A DNA stretch of 36,586 nucleotides from Frankiaceae bacterium (GTDB lineage Bacteria > Actinomycetota > Actinomycetes > JAVEEJ01): the NCBI GenBank assembly GCA_030840515.1, contig JAVEEJ010000181.1, positions 1 to 36,586 on the forward strand. Reading direction: 5' to 3'. Both the position numbers and the translations under genes were made by a program. How positions within the stretch are numbered: the stretch's first letter is position 1; each line of letters opens with the position of its first letter. Positions 7,101 to 13,071 of this stretch are shown here, in pieces. The notes below the pieces were generated by a model. It was not told where the DNA came from, did no database searches, and saw only the letters and a program-made list of their open reading frames with translations.

Positions 7101-7280
7101 TTCCCCGAGACCCTTGCCTGCGCAGTCATCGGACGGGGTGCCGGCGAGCTCTTCGAGCGCGCTGTTGAGCCGCAGGCAGCGCAGGCTCCCGTCGAGGACA
7201 GCGAGCCCGACCGGGGCGTGGTCGAACAGCTCCCGGTGCATCAGCAGCCCCTCGGCATCCTCCGACGCACCTGTGACCAC
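4161..7280 (-). CDS. Multidomain PAS-GAF(x3)-PP2C (SpoIIE-type) phosphatase with C-terminal RsbW-like HATPase domain
   Basis: 1039 aa. N-terminal PAS-like segment (LFDHAPVGLAVLDGSLRCLRLNSALEELAG), then repeated GAF-like segments. PP2C/SpoIIE motifs: GGDWFDV, VIGDVMGRG, VLYTDGLIE. C-terminal anti-sigma-kinase-like motifs: SELVTNAMRYG, DDEGGRGLFLV. Alternative ATG start at 7241. Confidence 0.85.
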   Translation of the reverse strand: MVTGASEDAEGLLMHRELFDHAPVGLAVLDGSLRCLRLNSALEELAGTPSDDCAGKGLGEAVPPLGPLQSRFAQVLATGVPALDLVVTPGGAEGGSWRVSALRLEPDGGPACLGLVVIDVSEATAAAAMAAAASRRLAFLSRCSELFSVALDLERTVAGLAELFVPSFAAHIVVDLVEEPLAFRRVLVHDAQGGPPQGWSPVGALVDYPPAHPNRRAAEEGVAVAIEMTPEVVASIAPSDTSRHAFESQGLRAALAVPLMAGGRVVGVVGLASEHAGHFPPEDVELAAEIGRRAGAALDAARIYAAEREAHRTAESQRVAAEAAVSRLAVLHDITSGLSQARTVEDVAEVVMSRVATLLAADNASLIHVTPDGRSLELVRAVGLDPEVRTRFTTFPVDAELPASEVFRAGQAQWWHDLTERDARYPMLTGIEAREQSMALLPLEVRDRRLGVLTLGWYGSREVGDQERRLVEAIASQCSQALDRAALLESERAALSVAQDQRDRLSMLAEVGRTLSSSLDYEENLARVVRLVVPRLADCCWVNLADERGLRAVAFAHADAELHAAMAKLVDLENGYTGSTTVHEVARTGEPRLLAELPEGYVETRGRGEEHLELLRQIGNRSVAIVPLIVAGQNIGTMTLANGPSGRRLSEDDLDLLAQMGRRAATAIGHARQFEERAEVALTLQQSLLPADHHEAEGLEVAHRYVPGTVGTEVGGDWFDVIALSSGRTALVIGDVMGRGIRAAAVMGQVRAAVRAYAAMELPPDEVLAGLDRVVRGFEEVQIVTAIYAVFDPGANTVVLANAGHPPPLILDPDGTRPMTLDLVVGTPLGVGGPRYVAAEIPLPPGGGVVLYTDGLIEERTRDIDVGIDLVRDALAGVTESAAALCAAALRAVNADEDFGDDVAVLVARVAPTRKAASAWSVRHIGNADGEVALARRWALEQLELRGVKGVADSVTLIVSELVTNAMRYGSPPCTLRLRCREQGLVVEVADADRSLPRLRRAALDDEGGRGLFLVDSVASDWGIRPAGIGKVVWVELAL

Positions 7281-7289
7281 CAGGGAAAT

Positions 7290-7817
7290 CTATCCCGGGC
7301 TGGCCAGCCCCAAGCACACCTCGGCCCGCGGCAGCTCGGCGAGCCGTGACGCCGGCAGCACCAGCTTCGAGCCGCGGATGCCGCTGCCCACCACGACTGT
7401 TCCGGCCTCCAGCACCGCGGCGTCGACGAGGACCGGCCAGGTCTCGGGCAGCCCGACCGGGGTGATGCCGCCGTACTCCATGGAGCTCTGCGCCACCGCG
7501 TCGTCCATGGCGGCGAACGAGGCCTTGCGCGCGTCCACCTTGCGCCGCACGAAGCCGTTGACGTCGGTACGTGTGGTGGCGAGTACGACGCACGCGACGA
7601 GCGTGGTGACCTCGCCGCGTCGCGCCGCCACCACGACGCAGTTCGCCGACCTGTCCATCGGCCAGTCGTAACGCGCGCAGAACGCTGCCGTGTCCGCGTC
7701 CGTCGGGTCGATCGGAGCCACCTGGACGTCGTCCCAGCTGAGCGTCTCCAGCGCGGCGCGCACCGAAGGCCCGAGCAATTCAGGCGCCGACCGCCACGGG
7801 ACCGGGTGCAGGCTCAC
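7290..7817 (-). CDS. YbaK/ProX-type aminoacyl-tRNA deacylase domain protein
   Basis: 175 aa; ...GGITPVGLPETWPVLVDAAVLEAGTVVVGSGIRGSKLVLP... matches the YbaK/EbsC fold signature. Lies 9 nt upstream of the PP2C gene. Confidence 0.7.
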   Translation of the reverse strand: MSLHPVPWRSAPELLGPSVRAALETLSWDDVQVAPIDPTDADTAAFCARYDWPMDRSANCVVVAARRGEVTTLVACVVLATTRTDVNGFVRRKVDARKASFAAMDDAVAQSSMEYGGITPVGLPETWPVLVDAAVLEAGTVVVGSGIRGSKLVLPASRLAELPRAEVCLGLASPG

Positions 7818-7843
7818 GCTCGGATCCTGCCCTTGCCAGCAGA

Positions 7844-7857
7844 TCGAACGTGTGTTC
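7844..7857. promoter_or_regulatory. LexA SOS (Cheo) box TCGAAC-GTGT-GTTC
   Basis: The sequence cGAACgtgtGTTCc at 7845-7858 fits CGAACRNRYGTTYC at every position. It also fits 10 of 12 defined positions of the mycobacterial TCGAAC-N4-GTTCGA consensus. It sits in the 50-bp divergent intergenic region, 11 nt upstream of ATG 7868 and 27 nt from the YbaK GTG (7817). It is the only GAAC-N4-GTTC in the window. Confidence 0.65.
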
Positions 7858-7867
7858 CCCTAGGGCC

Positions 7868-8881
7868 ATGCGCTGGGACGGGCAGACGGACGCCGGGGCT
7901 CCGCTCGCCCTCATCGAGCAAGGGGCGGTCACGCGGCGCTTCGACACCCCTCGCTTCCAGGGCATGGAGTTCTACGAGGTGCACGCGCGCAGCGTGCTCA
8001 ACCGGGTCCCGGACAGCTCGCCGGTCCCCTTCCGCTGGACCGTCAACCCCTACCGCGGCTGCTCTCACGCCTGCACCTACTGCTTCGCGCGCAGCACCCA
8101 CAGCTGGCTCGACCTGAGCCCCGGGCTCGACTTCGACCGCCGGGTCGTGGTGAAGGTCAACGCACCTGAGGTGCTGCGACGCGAGCTCGCCCGGCCCCGG
8201 TGGGCGAGGGAGCGGGTAGCGCTCGGGACCAACGTCGACCCCTACCAGCGGGTGGAGGGCCGCTATCGCCTGATGCCCGGCATCATCGAGGCGTTGCGCG
8301 ACAGCGCGACACCCTTCTCGATCCTCACGAAGGGCACCCTCATCCTGCGGGACCTCGAGCTGCTCGCCGGCGTCGCGCAGCGCGTCCGTGTCGAGGTGGC
8401 GATGTCGATCGGCAGCATCGACCCCGACGTCTGGCGGGCCACCGAGCCCGGCACCCCCTCCCCAGCCCGCAGACTCGAAGCCGTCAGCCGGATGCGGGAG
8501 CGCGGTCTGCGGCCCACCGTGCTGTGCGCGCCCTTGATCCCGGGCCTGAGCGACTCGCGAGAGGCGATCGAGGCCACGGTGCGCGCCTGCGCGGATGCGG
8601 GCGCCGTGAAGGTGACCGGCATCCCGCTGCACCTGCGTCCCGGGGCGCGCGAGTGGTTCCTGGAGCGCATCTCCGACACCCACCCGCAGCTGCTCCCCCG
8701 GCTCCGCCAGCTCTACCGCAGGGGCGCCTACGCACCCGCTGACTACCGTCGCGAGATCGGCGCGTTGGTCGCCTCCGCGGCGCGGCGGCACGGCGTGCAC
8801 CGCGACCCCGAGCCCGTGGAGCCGGGGCCGACGGACCGCGCCGCGAAAGAGCAGGCGCCGGAGCAGCTCAGCCTGTTGTGA
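7868..8881 (+). CDS. Rv2578c-family radical SAM protein (SplB-like, DNA-repair-photolyase-like)
   Basis: NPYRGCSHACTYCFAR carries the CxxxCxxC radical SAM cluster motif in the context typical of the Rv2578c/SplB-like family. The ORF track's start at GTG 7850 lies inside the SOS box, so ATG 7868 is preferred. Confidence 0.85.
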   Translation: MRWDGQTDAGAPLALIEQGAVTRRFDTPRFQGMEFYEVHARSVLNRVPDSSPVPFRWTVNPYRGCSHACTYCFARSTHSWLDLSPGLDFDRRVVVKVNAPEVLRRELARPRWARERVALGTNVDPYQRVEGRYRLMPGIIEALRDSATPFSILTKGTLILRDLELLAGVAQRVRVEVAMSIGSIDPDVWRATEPGTPSPARRLEAVSRMRERGLRPTVLCAPLIPGLSDSREAIEATVRACADAGAVKVTGIPLHLRPGAREWFLERISDTHPQLLPRLRQLYRRGAYAPADYRREIGALVASAARRHGVHRDPEPVEPGPTDRAAKEQAPEQLSLL

Positions 8882-9662
8882 TGCCCGGCGGGTTGGACGT
8901 GATGACCGCATCCGCGAGCCCGACGGCGACGGCTTCGCGTGCGCCGAGCCACCAGTCCTTGCGGATCCAGCGGGACCTGATCTGCCGCTCGGTCAACGAC
9001 GACCGGGCGCTGAGCAGCGCGACGATCCGACGCTCCATCTGCTCGTAGAACTCGACTCGGTCGCCGAGCTCGCTGCTGCGGCCCTCCGCCCCACCGCTGA
9101 CCTCGTGGACGAGCAGGAACGCGTTCTCGCCCATGACTCGCTCGTCCGCGGCCTGCAGCACGACACCGCCCATGGAGGCGGCCCGCCCGAGCACCTCGAT
9201 GCGCAGGTGGTGGCCGGCATGGCGCAGCCCGGTGAGGAAGTCGACGAGAGCGAGCCCGTCGAGGACCCGGCCACCCGGTGAGTTCAGCACGATGCGCAGA
9301 TCCGCCCCGGGCTCACGCCGTGACCACGCCGCGAGGGTGCTCATCGCGGTGCGCACCGAGACCTCGTTGACCTCGTCGTAGAACGTGTAGCTCAGGTCGT
9401 GCGCCGCTTCCGACCGGGACTCGGCATCCCGGCGCAGCGCAACAGCGAGCTCGAGCTCGGCCTTGTCGGCGTCGGCCACTGCACGGCGCAGCTCGGCAGC
9501 AGCCCGCTGCATCGAGATCTGCTCCCGCAGCGCTTCCACCCACGCGCCGTACTCGTCCGGATCGACCGGCGCCAGCCCCACAGACGGGGCGCTGGCGAGG
9601 ACGGCGTCGAGGGGCAGGCGCTCGGCGGTCGGCTGGGGACGCTGAATAGGGATCGGCATCAC
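8868..9662 (-). CDS. ClpP-fold serine protease with ~95-aa N-terminal coiled-coil extension
   Basis: LNSPGGRVLDGLALVDF, GRAASMGGVVLQAADERVMGENAFLLVHEVSGG and RKDWWLGAREAVAVGLADAV reproduce the ClpP Ser (ASMG), His (VHE) and Asp (RKD) contexts. The N-terminus is Ala/Glu/Arg-rich and helical. Start at GTG 9662 or ATG 9659. The 3' end overlaps the radical SAM gene convergently by 14 nt. Confidence 0.75.
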   Translation of the reverse strand: MMPIPIQRPQPTAERLPLDAVLASAPSVGLAPVDPDEYGAWVEALREQISMQRAAAELRRAVADADKAELELAVALRRDAESRSEAAHDLSYTFYDEVNEVSVRTAMSTLAAWSRREPGADLRIVLNSPGGRVLDGLALVDFLTGLRHAGHHLRIEVLGRAASMGGVVLQAADERVMGENAFLLVHEVSGGAEGRSSELGDRVEFYEQMERRIVALLSARSSLTERQIRSRWIRKDWWLGAREAVAVGLADAVITSNPPGITTG

Positions 9663-9717
9663 GGAGACGACGGTAAGGGCGATTGCTCCGCTCAGCAGGC
9701 GATTCGGACCAAGATGG

Positions 9718-9987
9718 TCACTCTGCGCGGGGGTGCCTAGTCCGTCTGTGCGCTCCCTGGGGGTGCACCTCAGCCGGATCGGGTGGGCAGTCGGCCAGCG
9801 CGCCGCGCAGCAGCTGCAGCGCGCTCCTGGTCAGTGCCTCGGCCTGCTCGTCGCTGAGCCCCTGCTCGCGGGCCACCCGGGCGCTGCCTTCGCCGTAGCC
9901 GAGCGCCGTCACGACCGCCTCCCGCTCAGGCGCAGGGAGCGCGGCCAACGCGTCCTCCAGCCGCGAGAGCAGCTCGGCCTCGCTCAT
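9718..9987 (-). CDS. Sigma-70 region-4-only (ECF r4_2-like HTH) small protein
   Basis: 89 aa. ALAALPAPEREAVVTALGYGEGSARVAREQGLSDEQAEALTRSALQLLRGAL matches 'L-Lp--eReal-L----g-s--eiA---g-s-gtvksrl-RA---Lr--l'. The same frame upstream hits a TAG at 10093-10095 with no start codon and no region-2 sequence. Confidence 0.65.
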   Translation of the reverse strand: MSEAELLSRLEDALAALPAPEREAVVTALGYGEGSARVAREQGLSDEQAEALTRSALQLLRGALADCPPDPAEVHPQGAHRRTRHPRAE

Positions 9988-10097
9988 CCCCTCGGAGCTG
10001 GCGACAGCGCTCAGCGCATCGGGTGAGAGGTACGCCGGACGGTGCGGGCGCGAGCTGCTCAGGGCGTTCGCTCCTTCGCGTCGGGGTGGGAACTACT

Positions 10098-10127
10098 CGG
10101 CCGCCCGGGGTTTCCCCCGGGCGGCCG
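10098..10127 (-). terminator. 13-bp perfect GC hairpin (CGGCCGCCCGGGG-tttc-CCCCGGGCGGCCG), terminator-like with no U-tract
   Basis: Arms 10098-10110 and 10115-10127 read directly. It lies downstream of the minus-strand sensor gene (stop at 10316) and upstream of the sigma4-only gene. Confidence 0.4.
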
Positions 10128-10280
10128 CTGCACCAGCCCGCCAGGTCGCCTCACGGCGGTGCGCCGCTCGTGGCGGCATGTTTGGGACCGGGGGCCATGG
10201 ATCGAGCTGGTGCAGTCCCCCATGCTACCTCTCGGCACTGGAGTGGAGCGGCTCAAACGGGCGACATCAGCCTTGCCCGG

Positions 10281-10300
10281 CAGCGCTCCTCGGAGCGCTG
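10281..10300 (-). terminator. Short hairpin CAGCGCTCC-tc-GGAGCGCTG just after the sensor gene stop
   Basis: 9-nt inverted repeat arms at 10281-10289 and 10292-10300, 16 nt downstream of the stop at 10316-10318 on the minus strand. No U-tract. Confidence 0.3.
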
Positions 10301-10315
10301 ATCGGACGGGCCGAT

Positions 10316-13069
10316 TCAGACCGCCCGCAGCCGGCGTGGGGGCTCGGTGCTCGGCTTGGGGACCGTCGGCGTCCGCGTCAACGTGGCGCGCAACAACGTG
10401 CCCTCGCCGAGGGTGACCACCTCGACCTCGCTGGCGATCGCCCGCACCAGGAACAGTCCGCGGCCCCGCTCCGCCTCGTCGGAGGGCAGCGACCGGCCGA
10501 GCTCGTCCAGGCGCCCGGGATCCACCCCGTCGTCGTGGACCTCGATCAGGACCGTGGAGGGGGTCACGGTGGCGGTCAGCCGCACCTCGTGAGACGCGGC
10601 CATCACCGCGTTCGCCAAGAGCTCAGAGGCAGCGAGTACGACGTCGTCTGCGTTGTCCATCACCGTGCCCAGCCAGGCCCTCAGCTCGGCGCGCACCTCA
10701 GGCACGGACGCGAGCTGCGGCGAGGCGACCCACTGACGGGAGACCGTCTCGGCCTCGACCGGAGTGCGGCGCAGCACCAGCGCGAGGGTGTCGTCGTGAC
10801 GTTGCGCGCCGGCGAGGGCGCGGTCGATCAGCTCGCGACTGAGCTCCGCGGCAGGCAATGAGCTGAGGGCAGTGGCGTGGCGCACCAGCGCCTCCATGCC
10901 CTCGATGACGTCCTTGCGCGCCTCGATCAGCCCGTCGGTGTAGAGCACCAGCGCGTCGTCCACGCCGAGGGTGGTCTCGACGACGACATCGCTGCCCGCG
11001 CCGGGCCATCCGATGGCGCAGCCACTGGCAGCGAGCTGCTCGACCTCGCCGTCGGCCCGCACCAGCAGAGCGGGCGGGTGTCCACCAGCGGCGACCCGCA
11101 GCCGGCCGGTCGAGGGGTTGTAGCGAGCGATCACGACAGTGGCCACCAGCTCCGGGTGCTGCGCGGACAGCAGCTCGTCGGCGCGGACCACCACGTCCTC
11201 GAGCGGTCGTCCTTCGGCGGTGACGACGCGAAGCGTGTGGACAACGGCGAGCGCGTCCTTGGTCGCGCCGACACCGTGCCCGAGGACGTCCACGACGCAC
11301 AGGTGCACCTCACCGTCGGGCAGCACCTGCCAGTCGTAGATGTCGCCGCCGGTGGGTGCGGACGGGTCCGACGGAAGGTAGGACACGCCGAGGTCCGCGC
11401 CGGCGACTTCGGGCCGCACCGGCATGACCGCCTGCTGCAGCTGCTCGACGACGGCACGACGTGCAGCCTCGGCCTCCGCGAGCCTGCCGACCTCCTCGCG
11501 CAGCTCCTCGACCTCGGAGCTCGTGGTGACGTCACGGGCGACGACGACGAGGGCCTGGGCCTGTCCTTCGTCATCGCGCGCGACGCTGTAGGAGCACATG
11601 AGACGGCGTTCGCCTTCGCCGGCGGGGCTGACGACGAGGTCGGCCGGCAGCACACCGCCGGCGTGCCAGCCTCCGATGTCGACGGTGTTGCCCGCGACGG
11701 TGCGGGCGCGCAGGCGCGTGAGTGCGCCCGGGCGTCCGATCACGTCTTCGGCGGCAAGGCCGGTGGAGCGCACCAACGCCGGGTTCCAGGACAGGACGGT
11801 CCCGTCACGCCCGATCGTCGCGATCCCGTCGCTGGTGGTGCTCACGATCTCCGCGAGCCGACGGCGCTCTTCCAGCACGCTTGCCAGCAGCCGGCCGCGT
11901 CCCAGTGCGCTGGCCGCCTCGCGCGCGAGCGCCTCGAGCACCGTCATCTCGCCGTCACCGAAGCCCTCGAGGCCCGCGCGGTCGAGCACGATCAGCACGC
12001 CGGTGAGACGGCCTTCGACCAGCAAGGGGGCCGAGAGGCACTCGCGGTGCCCGCGTTCGGTGAGCTCGCGGCCGAGCGGGTCGCGCCGGTCGGCGACGAG
12101 CCGCATCGGGCCGGGCTGCGCGGCGAGTGCGCCCTCGAGCGAGGCGACGTCGTCGGGCTCGAGGACGACGGTCTCCCCCTGGTCGCTGACCCGCCTGACC
12201 TCACGCACGCCGTCACCGCGCAGCACAAGTGAGGCCGCGCCGGCGTCGAAGCAGGCCGCGACCTCGGCGAGGAACGCCGAGATGCCGTCTCTGGGGTCGA
12301 GCGGAGTGGCGAGCGCCTGGGCAGCCCGGTGCAGTGCGTTGAGCCGGTGTCGCTCCGCGCGCGCTACCGCGTATCCGCGGTAGGCCAGGTGCAGCACCAC
12401 GAGTGGTACGGCGAACAGCACCACGGCCGCGGGATGTGCCACGTACGCGAGGACGTAGAGCATGCCGATCAGCGCGTTGACTGCCCACCCGCCGAGCCAG
12501 CCCGGGACCATGACGGGTGCGAGCTGGCGCAGCACCCCGGCGGCCCGGCTCGGATCGGCAGCCATCAGGACCAGGACGAAGGCCGCCTGGTTCACGAGGA
12601 GTACGACGGCCAGGCCGGCGAGCAGTGCGGCGAGGTTCCCAGCCGTCAGCCCCGGCCCGTTGCTGAGCGCGTCGACGACGAGCGCTCCGCACCCGGCGGC
12701 GAGTGCCATCTCCGCGATGTTGAAGGCGACCTTGATCGGCGTGTTGCGTCGCAGCACGCCGGTCGCCAGCTGACCCGCTGCCACGGCGAGCACGACCCAA
12801 GGCGCAGTGAAGGAGAACAGCAGGGGCGCCAGGACAGCCTCGACCAAGTTCAGCGCGTTGACCTCGCGGCCGACGCGGAACCGCACCGTGAACCACTCCG
12901 CAGTGGCGACGAGCAGGGCGAGCGCCGGCAGCGCGGGCCAGGAGACGCGTCCCGGCGGGGGCCCGCCGTCGGCTCCGGCCAGGGCCACTGCGGCCGCGGC
13001 GAGCGCGAGCACGCCGACGTACGCCCCCAGCAGGGGCGTGAGTCGAGTCGACGTGCGCGGCCGCGGCAT
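10316..13069 (-). CDS. Membrane-anchored GAF-PAS-PP2C (SpoIIE-type) phosphatase with C-terminal RsbW-like HATPase domain
   Basis: True start taken as ATG 13069 (MPRPRTSTRL...), 2 nt after the S8 gene stop. About 260 aa of multi-TM hydrophobic sequence, then a GAF-like segment and a PAS-like segment (IVSTTSDGIATIGRDGTVLSWNPALVRSTG). PP2C motifs: GGDIYDW, VVDVLGHG, VLYTDGLIE. HATPase motifs: SELLANAV, HDDG, ERGRGLFLV. The first 56 codons of the track ORF are an alternate-frame read of the upstream repeat. Confidence 0.85.
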   Translation of the reverse strand: MPRPRTSTRLTPLLGAYVGVLALAAAAVALAGADGGPPPGRVSWPALPALALLVATAEWFTVRFRVGREVNALNLVEAVLAPLLFSFTAPWVVLAVAAGQLATGVLRRNTPIKVAFNIAEMALAAGCGALVVDALSNGPGLTAGNLAALLAGLAVVLLVNQAAFVLVLMAADPSRAAGVLRQLAPVMVPGWLGGWAVNALIGMLYVLAYVAHPAAVVLFAVPLVVLHLAYRGYAVARAERHRLNALHRAAQALATPLDPRDGISAFLAEVAACFDAGAASLVLRGDGVREVRRVSDQGETVVLEPDDVASLEGALAAQPGPMRLVADRRDPLGRELTERGHRECLSAPLLVEGRLTGVLIVLDRAGLEGFGDGEMTVLEALAREAASALGRGRLLASVLEERRRLAEIVSTTSDGIATIGRDGTVLSWNPALVRSTGLAAEDVIGRPGALTRLRARTVAGNTVDIGGWHAGGVLPADLVVSPAGEGERRLMCSYSVARDDEGQAQALVVVARDVTTSSEVEELREEVGRLAEAEAARRAVVEQLQQAVMPVRPEVAGADLGVSYLPSDPSAPTGGDIYDWQVLPDGEVHLCVVDVLGHGVGATKDALAVVHTLRVVTAEGRPLEDVVVRADELLSAQHPELVATVVIARYNPSTGRLRVAAGGHPPALLVRADGEVEQLAASGCAIGWPGAGSDVVVETTLGVDDALVLYTDGLIEARKDVIEGMEALVRHATALSSLPAAELSRELIDRALAGAQRHDDTLALVLRRTPVEAETVSRQWVASPQLASVPEVRAELRAWLGTVMDNADDVVLAASELLANAVMAASHEVRLTATVTPSTVLIEVHDDGVDPGRLDELGRSLPSDEAERGRGLFLVRAIASEVEVVTLGEGTLLRATLTRTPTVPKPSTEPPRRLRAV

Positions 13070-13071
13070 GC

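Noticed and set aside
7833-7866. TTGCCA as a -35 element for the radical SAM gene
   Set aside because: No acceptable -10 hexamer lies at 16-19 nt spacing (TCCCCT or TAGGGC at the wrong distances), so I do not call a promoter here. Only the SOS box is supported.
9117-9126. GAACGCGTTC palindrome as a second SOS box
   Set aside because: The spacer is 2 nt rather than 4, and it lies inside the ClpP-like coding region. It does not fit the LexA consensus.
8868-9662. ClpP-like protease as evidence of a prophage (prohead protease)
   Set aside because: No portal, capsid, terminase, integrase or att-like repeats lie nearby. The flanking genes are chromosomal housekeeping types. I kept it as a cellular ClpP-fold protease of unknown role.
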